From Cytophagales bacterium (GTDB lineage Bacteria; Bacteroidota; Bacteroidia; Cytophagales; UBA9547), in the NCBI GenBank assembly GCA_044349205.1, contig JBIKRJ010000001.1:1-49276 (forward strand): a stretch of 49,276 nucleotides of DNA, written 5' to 3'. Both the position numbers and the translations under genes were made by a program. Below the pieces are notes generated by a model that was not told where the DNA came from, searched no databases, and saw nothing but the letters and a program-made list of their open reading frames with translations. This document shows, piece by piece, positions 8,294 through 17,688 of this stretch. How positions within the stretch are numbered: position 1 is the stretch's first letter; every line of letters begins with the position of its first letter.

Positions 8294-9673
8294 ATGAAGA
8301 TCCGTTACCAACTCACGTTTCTATTCACCACCATAGTTGCCTCTTTCCTTTTCGTTTTTTGTTTGGCGGTTTATTTTTTTTATGCACAGTTCAGAGAAAG
8401 GGAATTTTTTGACCGTTTGCGCGACAAGGCATTGTACACTGCCGAAATATGGGAGTACGAACAAAATGCCAAAGAGCTTTTCAAGTTTATGTATGAAATG
8501 AATTTGACAAACTTGTACAGCGAGCAAATACGCATTATCAGAAATTGGCCAAAACCCGAATATGAAAGCGATAAGGAGGTCGAAAGGGTCATCAACGATA
8601 TTCAATTCAAGCGAATAATGAAGGGTAAAGAATTACACATTCGCAAGGGAGAACGCGAAATATTGGGTTTACTTTATAAAAGCAGTTCAAAAGGTTCTTA
8701 TGTAATCGTAGTCTCGGCTATCGACAAGTTTGGCCTTAGCAAATTAAATACGCTTTTCCTCATTTTGGCTTCGGGCTGGGCATTGAGTGTTTTTTTCGTG
8801 ATGATAGCGGGCTATGTTTTTGCTGGTCGAATACTGAAACCTATTTCAGAAATTATTACTGAAGTGAGTGAAATAAGTTTTACCAACATGACCAAAAGGC
8901 TCAAAAACAGAAGCGGAAAAGACGAGATTTCCGAGCTTTCTCGCACATTCAACGAACTGCTGGAACGTCTTGACAATTCATTTCAAATGCAGAAAAGTTT
9001 TGTGTCAAATGCTTCGCACGAAATACGAAATCCGCTTGCTTCTATCAAAGCACAATTGGATGTAACCCTACTGAAAGACAGGGACAATACAGAATATCAA
9101 ACCGTGCTACGCTCGTTGCTTCACGACATAGACCGAATGATAAAAATTGCGAATGGTTTGCTCGAATTGGCCAAGGTGAGCGGCGATTTTACGATGCTTC
9201 ATTTTCAACCTTGTAGGGTAGATGAAATTGTATTGGAAGCAGCCAATACGCTGGTGCGTTACAAGAATGAATGCCAATTCACTTTTGATTACGAAACCAT
9301 ACCCGAAAAAGAGGAAGACTTGTTTGTCGATGCTTCACAAGATTTTTTGTTTTCTGCTTTTTACAACATCATCGACAATGCTTGCAAGTATTCGCCCGAC
9401 CACAAAGTGGCCATCAGATTGAGTTTTACCGATACTATGCTAGTCATAAGGTTTGAAGACCATGGTATTGGCATTTCAGAAGAAGACAAGAAGCGTATAT
9501 TCGAACCCTTTTACCGTAGCGATGTAGCTCGCGAATATGCTGGAATTGGCTTAGGACTTTCGCTAGTCCAAAAAATCATCCAACAGCACAAAGGTTCTAT
9601 TAACTTTCATTCAGAACCTGGTTCTGGCACTTTGGTTACGGTAAAACTATACAAAAAATTCATGTATAGTTAA
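8294..9673 (+). CDS. Membrane sensor histidine kinase (2 TM, HAMP, HisKA, HATPase_c)
   Basis: 459 aa. The H-box is SNASHEIRNPLASI. N-box and G-box regions are present (NIIDNACKYS, DHGIGISEEDKKRIFEPFYR, GIGLGLSLV). Two hydrophobic segments flank a ~130-aa loop. Confidence 0.9.
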   Translation: MKIRYQLTFLFTTIVASFLFVFCLAVYFFYAQFREREFFDRLRDKALYTAEIWEYEQNAKELFKFMYEMNLTNLYSEQIRIIRNWPKPEYESDKEVERVINDIQFKRIMKGKELHIRKGEREILGLLYKSSSKGSYVIVVSAIDKFGLSKLNTLFLILASGWALSVFFVMIAGYVFAGRILKPISEIITEVSEISFTNMTKRLKNRSGKDEISELSRTFNELLERLDNSFQMQKSFVSNASHEIRNPLASIKAQLDVTLLKDRDNTEYQTVLRSLLHDIDRMIKIANGLLELAKVSGDFTMLHFQPCRVDEIVLEAANTLVRYKNECQFTFDYETIPEKEEDLFVDASQDFLFSAFYNIIDNACKYSPDHKVAIRLSFTDTMLVIRFEDHGIGISEEDKKRIFEPFYRSDVAREYAGIGLGLSLVQKIIQQHKGSINFHSEPGSGTLVTVKLYKKFMYS

Positions 9674-9704
9674 GCATCTGTTTTTCCGACTTATTTTTGA
9701 AATC

Positions 9705-12179
9705 ATGATGCCACTATTTGTCGATTGTTATCTTCCCTTGGCTCTTCCTGGTACGTTGACCTATAAAATGCCCGATGCATTGGAAGGCGACTTGGCAGGG
9801 GGAAGTTTGGTGGTAGTGCCAGTAAAAAAATATTTATATACTGGTATCGTAAAAAAAGTACACAATGTTCAGCCTGTTGGGTACGAGGTGGCCGATGTGG
9901 TAGAAGTCTTGGAAAAAAAACCAGTACTAACGTCGGCTCAAATAAAATTGCTGGACTGGATGAGTGAATATTATATGGCTCCACCTGGCATTACTTTTCA
10001 CGCCGCGTTGCCATCAGGCTTCAAAATTTCGACCGAATCTAAAATTCAGATAAACCCAAATTATGAAGAGGAGGAAAAGGAAGAAACCCTCACCACCAAT
10101 GAGCGTCTATTGATTGAATTGCTCAAAAATACCCCATCCATATCATACTTGGATGCGATGAAAGCTCTGAAAACCAAAACACTATATAAAATACTACTTT
10201 CATTAAGAAGAAAAGAGGCCATTTTGCTTTTTGAAGAATACAAGCATTTATACAAGCCTAAAATAGTCCAAAAAGTACGTCTTGCCGAACGTTTTGTGCA
10301 AAACAAAGACCTGCTGAAAGCGCTACTTGACAGTCTTGCCGGACAAGAAAAACAAGAAAATATTTTGTTGCGTTATTTGCAAGAAGTGCCCATTTGGAAC
10401 AATCCCAATGCCAACGAGGCTGGATTGGCTAAAAATATTTTTTCTGGCGCATCGTCTTTGAACACGCTTTTGAAAAAAGGAATTTTTGAAGAGTTCAAGC
10501 AAATAATACCAAGAGAGAATGTGGTGCATGAAACATTTCGTGAGCCATATGCACTATCTGAAAATCAGAAGTATGCTCTTGAAGAAATCAAAAACAAGTT
10601 TGCCAAACTAGACACCGTTCTGTTGCACGGCATTACTGGAAGTGGCAAAACAGAGGTGTACATTCGTCTAATCAAAGAGCACATGGCTTTGGGCAAGCAA
10701 GTGCTTTTTCTGATGCCTGAAATTGCCCTTACAACCCATATGACCGCGCGATTGTCGGCTGTATTTGGCAAGGAACTGGATGTGTACCATTCGCGGCTTT
10801 CGGAAAACGAGCGAGTTGAAACATGGAAAAAAGTGCAAAATGACACTTCAAAGTTGGTGTTGGGAGCGCGTTCGGCGGTGTTTTTGCCTTTTCAAAATCT
10901 TGGTTTCATAGTGGTCGACGAGGAACACGATACTTCTTTCAAGCAAGGCGAAAAAAACCCCCGGTATCAAGCACGCGACACCGCTTTGGTTTTGGCCAAA
11001 ATGCACCTTTGCAAAACATTGCTTGGCTCTGCGACACCTTCTCTAGAAAGTTATTATTTAGCTCATAAAGGGACATATGGCTATGTAAAATTGGACAAGA
11101 GACATGGTATGGCCGTGTTGCCCAACATCACATTTGCCGATTTGAAATTGGAACGAAAAAACAAAACCAATCCCAACCATCACGGCGAATATTCTAAACA
11201 GTTGCTGGCTTCTTTGGAACAGAGTATTGCTCAAAAAGAACAGGCTTTGTTGTTTCAAAACAGGCGTGGTTATGCACCTTATTTGTGCTGCGAATTTTGT
11301 GGTTGGGTGTCTATGTGCAACCAATGTTCTGTTTCACTCACCTATCACCAGCGTGAAAAAAGATTGAAGTGCCATTATTGTGGGCACAACGAAAAGGTAC
11401 ACGCGACTTGTCCGGCCTGTGGTGTTGCAAGGTTGAAAACCAAAGGTTTGGGAACCGAAAAAATTGAAGACGATTTAGTGGCATTGCTTCCCACAGCCCG
11501 TGTGCAGCGCATGGATCAAGATACGACAAGGGCCAAAAATGCATTCAAAAATATTTATGACGGACTGAATAAAGGAGAAATAGACATTCTAGTGGGAACT
11601 CAAATGGTCACAAAAGGATTAGACTTTGAGAATATCAATTTGGCTGGAATTTTAAATGCCGATCAGATGATGTATTACCCCGATTTTAGAGCAAACGAAC
11701 GCACTTTTCAAATGCTGACCCAGGTGGCGGGTCGCACGGGTAGGCGCGACAAACAAGGGCAAGTCATTGTGCAAACCTACAACCCTGCTCATTATTTGTT
11801 GCAGTATCTGCAGGCCAACGACATTCATGGTTTTTACGAAAGAGAGCTACAAGAGAGGGAAAAATTTCATTATCCGCCGTTCACTCGTCTTGTAAAATTG
11901 GTTTTCAAAGACAGAAATAAAGAAGTATGCCGCGAAGCTGCTCATTTTTTGGGCAAAATACTCAGCACACAATTTGGCAACTATCGTGTGTACGGCCCCG
12001 AATGGCCACCAATAGACCGTATAAATAATTTTTTCCTCATGGAAATATTACTGAAATTCGAGCGAGAAAAGGTGGATATTGCCAAGGCTAAATCTTTGCT
12101 CAACAAATCGATTTTCACATTCCAAACCCAAAACGAATTCAAGTCAACCCAATTGATATTGGACGTTGACCCTTATTAG
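9705..12179 (+). CDS. priA: Primosomal protein N' (replication restart helicase PriA)
   Basis: 824 aa. Walker A is HGITGSGKTEVY and the DEEH box is VVDEEHD. A Cys-rich zinc region is present (CCEFCGWVSMCNQCSVSLTYH..CHYCGH..CPACG). Confidence 0.95.
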   Translation: MMPLFVDCYLPLALPGTLTYKMPDALEGDLAGGSLVVVPVKKYLYTGIVKKVHNVQPVGYEVADVVEVLEKKPVLTSAQIKLLDWMSEYYMAPPGITFHAALPSGFKISTESKIQINPNYEEEEKEETLTTNERLLIELLKNTPSISYLDAMKALKTKTLYKILLSLRRKEAILLFEEYKHLYKPKIVQKVRLAERFVQNKDLLKALLDSLAGQEKQENILLRYLQEVPIWNNPNANEAGLAKNIFSGASSLNTLLKKGIFEEFKQIIPRENVVHETFREPYALSENQKYALEEIKNKFAKLDTVLLHGITGSGKTEVYIRLIKEHMALGKQVLFLMPEIALTTHMTARLSAVFGKELDVYHSRLSENERVETWKKVQNDTSKLVLGARSAVFLPFQNLGFIVVDEEHDTSFKQGEKNPRYQARDTALVLAKMHLCKTLLGSATPSLESYYLAHKGTYGYVKLDKRHGMAVLPNITFADLKLERKNKTNPNHHGEYSKQLLASLEQSIAQKEQALLFQNRRGYAPYLCCEFCGWVSMCNQCSVSLTYHQREKRLKCHYCGHNEKVHATCPACGVARLKTKGLGTEKIEDDLVALLPTARVQRMDQDTTRAKNAFKNIYDGLNKGEIDILVGTQMVTKGLDFENINLAGILNADQMMYYPDFRANERTFQMLTQVAGRTGRRDKQGQVIVQTYNPAHYLLQYLQANDIHGFYERELQEREKFHYPPFTRLVKLVFKDRNKEVCREAAHFLGKILSTQFGNYRVYGPEWPPIDRINNFFLMEILLKFEREKVDIAKAKSLLNKSIFTFQTQNEFKSTQLILDVDPY

Positions 12180-12189
12180 CCCCAATTCT

Positions 12190-13272
12190 ATGTTCAAAAA
12201 AAACATCCTAAATATCCTCTTTTCATTGTGTGTAATGGCTTCTGTTTCAGGTCAAAATGCCCCAGTGTATTTTGTCACGAAAACTGCCAATTTTGGAAAA
12301 GTAGTAGAGGAGATAGAAAAAATTCGCTACGATTTTGTCTTTTTCAACAAAGGCGATGACCCCATCAAAATACAAAAAGTTGTGCCTTCTTGCGGTTGCA
12401 CAGCGGCCGAATACTCACAAGTTGCCATACCACAAGACAGTGCTGGTCATGTGCGCGTTGTTTACAACACGGTAAATCGTCCGGGTGAAATCAATAAAAC
12501 TGTTTCTGTTTATTTTGAAGGCTATGAAACCCCCGTTATTCTCTTTTTGAAAGGCATCGTAGTGATAAATCAGCGACTTATTGAAAGAGAGTTGGTGCAT
12601 CCTTTTGGAAATCTTCGTTTCCAATCCAAGTATTTGAATTTGAAGACGGTAAGAAACCGACAGCCCGAAAAAAGGCAATTTGAATTTTACAATGCAGGAA
12701 AAAAAGATGTAAAAATATTGAAGATTTCGTACGACACATCCTTTATGAAAGTGAAGTTGAACAAGTTTGATTTGAAAAGCCAAGATATTGCCAAAATCGA
12801 CGTTATTTACGACGCGGTAGCCCGCCACGATTGGGGTTTTGTGAGCGACACCATTACCATATTTACTTCCGACGATTCCATGTCGGTAAAGCGCATACCA
12901 CTTGCCGCCCATATCGAAGAATATTTTGCACCGCTAGATGCCGCATCGGCAGCCAAAGCGCCCAAAATAAAATTTGAAAAACAAGAACAGCATTTGGGCA
13001 CCGTGAAGGAAGGGGCAACTGTTAGTTTTAATTACAAATTTACCAACGAGGGCAAACAAGATTTAATCATTCGCAAGTTGGTACCAGCCTGTAGCTGCAT
13101 TTCTTTCGAAACCCCAAAATACGAATTGGCGCCTGGTGAAAGTAGTTTTGTGCGACTTACTTTGAATACCAAAGACCGTGAGGGAATACAAAACAAGCAT
13201 CTTACCATCATTACCAATTCACCTTCAAACCCAAGTGTTAATTTGTGGATGAGGGTAAATGTTACAAAATAA
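12190..13272 (+). CDS. Secreted protein with two DUF1573 domains
   Basis: The track ORF begins at a TTG at 12166 inside priA. The ATG at 12190 gives signal peptide MFKKNILNILFSLCVMASVSGQ. Two copies of the DUF1573 signature are present (VVPSCGCTAAEY and LVPACSCISFE). Confidence 0.75.
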   Translation: MFKKNILNILFSLCVMASVSGQNAPVYFVTKTANFGKVVEEIEKIRYDFVFFNKGDDPIKIQKVVPSCGCTAAEYSQVAIPQDSAGHVRVVYNTVNRPGEINKTVSVYFEGYETPVILFLKGIVVINQRLIERELVHPFGNLRFQSKYLNLKTVRNRQPEKRQFEFYNAGKKDVKILKISYDTSFMKVKLNKFDLKSQDIAKIDVIYDAVARHDWGFVSDTITIFTSDDSMSVKRIPLAAHIEEYFAPLDAASAAKAPKIKFEKQEQHLGTVKEGATVSFNYKFTNEGKQDLIIRKLVPACSCISFETPKYELAPGESSFVRLTLNTKDREGIQNKHLTIITNSPSNPSVNLWMRVNVTK

Positions 13273-13282
13273 TTTCATTTAT

Positions 13283-13624
13283 ATGCGTCTTTTAATCTGT
13301 TTGTTCTCTTTGCCGTTTATGGTACTAATGGCTTGTACCGACGAAAATAAAGTACCTGAAAACCTGTTACAGCCAGCTAAAATGGCGGAAATCTTAGAAA
13401 ATCTACATTTGGCCGAGGCGTATGTGAATTCCAATTTTCAGTATTCCGATTCTTCAAAATTTGTGTATAAAAGGTTGGAAGATTCTATTCTAAAAGCACA
13501 AGGCACCCAATTGGCAGTTTTCGATTCAAGTATGCGGTTTTATCAAAAAAATATAAAATTGCTCGATGAGGTGTATGCGATGACTGTCGATAGCCTTAGT
13601 TTGAAAGAGGCTTTGTACAAGTAA
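13283..13624 (+). CDS. DUF4296-like lipoprotein
   Basis: The ATG at 13283 gives MRLLICLFSLPFMVLMAC, which has a lipobox-like Cys. The block PENLLQPAKMAEILENLHLAEAY matches the family pattern. An alternative ATG at 13259 overlaps the previous gene. Confidence 0.55.
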   Translation: MRLLICLFSLPFMVLMACTDENKVPENLLQPAKMAEILENLHLAEAYVNSNFQYSDSSKFVYKRLEDSILKAQGTQLAVFDSSMRFYQKNIKLLDEVYAMTVDSLSLKEALYK

Positions 13625-13645
13625 TTTTGGTTGATAAAAATCATC

Positions 13646-13675
13646 TTGTAAGCACGTTTTATTCGCTTAATTTTG
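13646..13675 (+). promoter_or_regulatory. Bacteroidota-type promoter for trhO
   Basis: TTG at 13646-13648, a 19-nt spacer, then TAATTTTG at 13668-13675. It lies 40 nt upstream of the ATG at 13716. Confidence 0.45.
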
Positions 13676-13715
13676 CATTTGTTCGCACTAAGACTGAAAC
13701 TTAGCACGTTGCAAC

Positions 13716-14690
13716 ATGAAAAAACATATTGTACTTCTTTACTATTGCTATTCGCCTATAGAAAATCCTGAAGAGTTTCGCGAAGAGCATCACTTGTTTT
13801 GTCTTTCTCTAAATTTGGTAGGCCGCATTATTGTGGCCAAAGAGGGCATCAACGGCACAATTTCGGGCACAAAGAAAAGCTGCGAGGAATACATGCGAGT
13901 GCTGAAAACTGACCCTCGATTTTCGAAAACTGATTTCAAAGTCGACGAGTCCGACACTCCAACATTTGCCAAAATGCACGTTAGGGTGAAAACTGAAATT
14001 GTACATTCCAGTCTTTTGGACATTGATCCAAACAAGCGTACAGGAATTCACTTAGAACCTTCAGAATTCAAAGCAATGAAGGAACAAGACGATGTGGTGG
14101 TGTTGGATGTGCGTTCTAATTACGAACATAGTATTGGACATTTTAAAAATGCGGTAACGTTAGACATTGAAAATTTTAGGGAATTTCCTGATAAAGTAGC
14201 CGAACTAGAAAAGTACAAGGACAAGAAGATTCTAACCTATTGTACAGGCGGCATCAAATGTGAAAAAGCCAGTGCGTATCTTCTCGAAAAAGGCTTTCAA
14301 AATGTATATCAGTTGCACGGCGGTATCATCAAATACGGTATAGAGGCCGGAGGCGAGGATTTTGAAGGCAAATGCTATGTTTTCGACAATAGAATCGCTG
14401 TAGATGTTAATTCGGTAAATCCAGTTGTAGTTTCCCAATGTTATATATGTGGCACAAAATGTGATAGAATGGTGAATTGCGCTAATCCAGTTTGCAATAA
14501 CCATGTGCCAGTGTGTGAAAAATGTGGTTGGAAAATGGAAGGTGCTTGTTCGGCCGAATGCAAATGTCACCCTGAGAAAAGAGCTTATGATGGTACGGGC
14601 TATTATGCTAAAGTATCGAACGGATACAATCCTTACTTGAACGCAAAAGGAAGAAACAATTCCAAGAAAGAGACTAACTCAGAATGTTAG
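13716..14690 (+). CDS. trhO: Rhodanese-domain tRNA uridine(34) hydroxylase (UPF0176/YceA family)
   Basis: 324 aa. The N-terminus LLYYCYSPIENPEEFREEH..VGRIIVAKEGINGTISG is typical of the family. A rhodanese active-site loop (YCTGGIKCEKA) and a Cys-rich C-terminus are present. Confidence 0.85.
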   Translation: MKKHIVLLYYCYSPIENPEEFREEHHLFCLSLNLVGRIIVAKEGINGTISGTKKSCEEYMRVLKTDPRFSKTDFKVDESDTPTFAKMHVRVKTEIVHSSLLDIDPNKRTGIHLEPSEFKAMKEQDDVVVLDVRSNYEHSIGHFKNAVTLDIENFREFPDKVAELEKYKDKKILTYCTGGIKCEKASAYLLEKGFQNVYQLHGGIIKYGIEAGGEDFEGKCYVFDNRIAVDVNSVNPVVVSQCYICGTKCDRMVNCANPVCNNHVPVCEKCGWKMEGACSAECKCHPEKRAYDGTGYYAKVSNGYNPYLNAKGRNNSKKETNSEC

Positions 14691-16654
14691 TTGAATGAAG
14701 TGGTAGGTTGTACAGGAAGATTCAATACTCTTTTATTTTTCTGTTCGTCAAATTTTTCAAACACAGAATTGTTGCTTTTGTATTCTGGTACCATCTGCTT
14801 CATTTGCATCACCATGCGCTCTTCTTCGCCTTTATCGTAGTATTTCATCAGTTTCGCCATATCTTCTTGAACTTGGGTAAATTCTTGATGACGTACTTTG
14901 GCAATCATGATTTTTGGATGGTGTGTAGGCAAGGTATTTTCTTCGTTATTCAACAATTCTTCGTACAATTTTTCGCCAGGTCGTAGTCCAGAAAATACCA
15001 GTTGAATGTCTTTTCCAAGAATAAGTCCCGATAACTTGATCATTTTTTTTGCCAAATCCACTATTTTAATCGATTCGCCCATGTCGAACAAGAATATCTC
15101 ACCTCCTTTTCCAATGGCACTCGCTTCCAAAACCAGTTGGCTTGCTTCGGGAATGGTCATAAAATAACGGGTGATTTCAGGGTGGGTTACAGTTATTGGG
15201 CCCCCCTCGGCAATTTGTTTTTTGAAGCGGGGTATTACCGAACCATTTGAACCAAGCACATTGCCAAACCTAGTAGTAATAAAACGTGTTGAAGTTTCTG
15301 AATCACCATCTAATGAAAAACTATTCAGAGATTGAATGTAGATTTCAGCCACTCTTTTGGAAGCGCCCATTACGCTTGTGGGGTTCACGGCTTTGTCGGT
15401 CGAAATCATGATAAATTTCTTAGTCATGTGTTTTATCGACAAGTCGGCAAGGTTTCGAGTGCCCAAAATATTGGTATGTACCGCTTCAGATGGGTTTTGT
15501 TCCATAACAGGCACATGTTTATACGCTGCTGCGTGGAAGACGATTTCAGGTTTGTGTTCCTCAAACACCCTTTCCATTTTTTGCAAGTTGCGTACATCTG
15601 CCAATATAAGAACGCGCGCGCATTTGAAATTATGGTCTTGAAATTCCATGTCCATGTCGTACAAAGCCGATTCAGACTGGTCGACCATGATGAGCAAACT
15701 TGGTGAGAAATGGGCAATTTGACGGCACAACTCGCTACCAATAGAGCCAGCAGCACCAGTTACAAGTATTCTTTTTTTGTTTACTTCTTCTTTGATAACC
15801 GTATTGTCCAAACTAATAGCTTCACGTCCCAGTACGTCCTCAATTTTTACATCTTTTATTTGCTTTAAGCTCAACTCACCGTTTATCCATTTTTCAACTG
15901 GAGGCACATTTCGTATTTGTACACCATACGACAAGCAAGTGTCGATGATTTTTTTCTTGCCTTCGGCCGATACTTTCTGAATGGCAATGATGACAAGCTC
16001 AACATTTTTAGTTTTGATTAGCTCTTCCAGTTTTTTACGGGCACTATAAATGGTCACACCATCTATCATACCACCAGATTTGCTCGGTTTGTCATCTACA
16101 AAAGCAACCACATTGTAATTCATACTGGTGTCTTGGTCCAGTGTTTTTTTAGTAATAATGCCGGCTTGGCCTGCGCCGTAAATAATGACATTTATTTTCT
16201 CGGCATTTTGTGTTTTCCACTCGTAATACGCGATTTTAGCCACTATACGGAAACTTGCCATAAACAATGTGGAAGCTAAAAAGTCGATAATCAGTATCGA
16301 AGTGTGAATGAGGAGGTGTCCAAACTGAAGGTACAAGCCAAGATTGATAACGGAAAGGACTACAAAACTAGAGGTAAGTGCATAAAAAATGCGTTTGGCA
16401 TCTTCTACACTTGTGTAACGAATAATACCAGTATAACTTTTGAAGTAAAAGAAAGAGAAAAACTTCACGGTGCATATCACACAAATGGAGGTGTATATGT
16501 CGTTCCATATTTCTTTGGGCAGACTTTCCAAATTGTACCTCAAGAAGTAAGCGACCAATACGCTCAAAAGGCATATCAGTATGTCCACTTGTAAGACAAG
16601 GTACTTGGGCAGTCTATATATAAACTTCTGAATCACGTCCGTTTTTTTACGCAT
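14687..16654 (-). CDS. Membrane-anchored NDP-sugar 4,6-dehydratase/epimerase (CapD/WbpM/PglF-like polysaccharide biosynthesis protein)
   Basis: 655 aa with four N-terminal TM segments and two Rossmann motifs (IYGAGQAG and VTGAAGSIGSEL). The SDR block is YKHVPVME..TNILGT..STDKAVNPTSVMGASKR. Confidence 0.85.
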   Translation of the reverse strand: MRKKTDVIQKFIYRLPKYLVLQVDILICLLSVLVAYFLRYNLESLPKEIWNDIYTSICVICTVKFFSFFYFKSYTGIIRYTSVEDAKRIFYALTSSFVVLSVINLGLYLQFGHLLIHTSILIIDFLASTLFMASFRIVAKIAYYEWKTQNAEKINVIIYGAGQAGIITKKTLDQDTSMNYNVVAFVDDKPSKSGGMIDGVTIYSARKKLEELIKTKNVELVIIAIQKVSAEGKKKIIDTCLSYGVQIRNVPPVEKWINGELSLKQIKDVKIEDVLGREAISLDNTVIKEEVNKKRILVTGAAGSIGSELCRQIAHFSPSLLIMVDQSESALYDMDMEFQDHNFKCARVLILADVRNLQKMERVFEEHKPEIVFHAAAYKHVPVMEQNPSEAVHTNILGTRNLADLSIKHMTKKFIMISTDKAVNPTSVMGASKRVAEIYIQSLNSFSLDGDSETSTRFITTRFGNVLGSNGSVIPRFKKQIAEGGPITVTHPEITRYFMTIPEASQLVLEASAIGKGGEIFLFDMGESIKIVDLAKKMIKLSGLILGKDIQLVFSGLRPGEKLYEELLNNEENTLPTHHPKIMIAKVRHQEFTQVQEDMAKLMKYYDKGEEERMVMQMKQMVPEYKSNNSVFEKFDEQKNKRVLNLPVQPTTSFN

Positions 16655-16685
16655 ATATCCGACCTTTAATCGTCAATGTAAATAC

Positions 16686-17564
16686 CTAAATGCTAACCAC
16701 TTCGATTTCCGATGTAATTTTTTTGACCAAACCTTGTAATACTTTGCCAGGTCCGCACTCTACAAAGCAGCTTGCTCCATCTTCCACCATGTTTTTTATA
16801 CTTTCTGTCCATCGCACAGGAGAAGTCAGTTGTTTTATCAAATTGGATTTGATTTCGGCCGAATCGCTGTGAGGTTTTGTCGTAACGTTCTGATATACAG
16901 GACAGATTGGTTTTGAAAAATTTACTGATTCTATCGCTGCTTTTAGTTCATCTTCTGCAGGTTTCATGAGAGGAGAGTGAAAAGCTCCACCAACTTGTAA
17001 GATTAAAGCTCTTTTAGCACCAGCTTCCTTCAGTTTTTCGCATGCAGTTTCTACTGCTTTTACCGAACCTGATATAACCAGCTGTCCTGGACAGTTGTAG
17101 TTGGCGGCTACAACCACACCTTCTTTTACCGACTTGCATATCTCGTCTACCAAGCTGTCGTCGAGTCCCAATACGGCGGCCATAGTGCCCGGTTCGGCCT
17201 CGCAAGCTTTTTGCATGGCCATGGCTCTTTTGTACACCAACTTTAGTCCATCTTCAAAACTGATCGAATTTGCCGCCACAAGGGCCGAAAACTCGCCCAA
17301 TGAATGCCCGGCCACCATGTCGGGCTTGAATTCATTGGCGGCTTTTGCCATAGCTACTGAATGAAGGAAGATGGCGGGTTGCGTTACATTGGTTTGACGC
17401 AAATCGTCGTCGCTGCCTTCAAACATTATTTTGGTGATGTCAAAACCCAGTATATCGTTGGCTTGTAAAAACAATTCTTTTGAAGCCTTATGGCTTTCAA
17501 AAAGTTCTTTTCCCATTCCTGAAAACTGAGATCCCTGACCAGGGAAAATGTATGCTTTTTTCAT
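16686..17564 (-). CDS. fabD: Malonyl-CoA:ACP transacylase
   Basis: I prefer the ATG at 17564 (MKKAYIFPGQGSQ). The active site is GHSLGEFSA. The 25-aa N-terminal extension in the track looks spurious. Confidence 0.92.
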   Translation of the reverse strand: MKKAYIFPGQGSQFSGMGKELFESHKASKELFLQANDILGFDITKIMFEGSDDDLRQTNVTQPAIFLHSVAMAKAANEFKPDMVAGHSLGEFSALVAANSISFEDGLKLVYKRAMAMQKACEAEPGTMAAVLGLDDSLVDEICKSVKEGVVVAANYNCPGQLVISGSVKAVETACEKLKEAGAKRALILQVGGAFHSPLMKPAEDELKAAIESVNFSKPICPVYQNVTTKPHSDSAEIKSNLIKQLTSPVRWTESIKNMVEDGASCFVECGPGKVLQGLVKKITSEIEVVSI

Positions 17565-17688
17565 CTTAAAATAGATAATGAAAAGTGTTAGAAAAAAACG
17601 TAGGGTTACAAATCTAAAGAAAGCGCATGTAAAAAGCAAGAAGATGGCTGATTACTAGATAGTAACGAGATATTATACAAATATTATT

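Noticed and set aside
12415-12912. 165-aa minus-strand ORF inside the DUF1573 gene
   Set aside because: It is antisense to a frame carrying two clear DUF1573 signatures. It has no motifs and no plausible promoter or start context.
17565-17639. N-terminal extension of the fabD ORF (the track starts at 17639). A similar extension applies to the OmpA-family ORF (30621-30734).
   Set aside because: The extensions are hydrophobic or odd sequence ahead of canonical N-termini (MKKAYIFPGQGSQ and MKTNFAFLIF..). The OmpA extension starts at a TTG and overlaps a good TTG-N19-TATTTTTG promoter.
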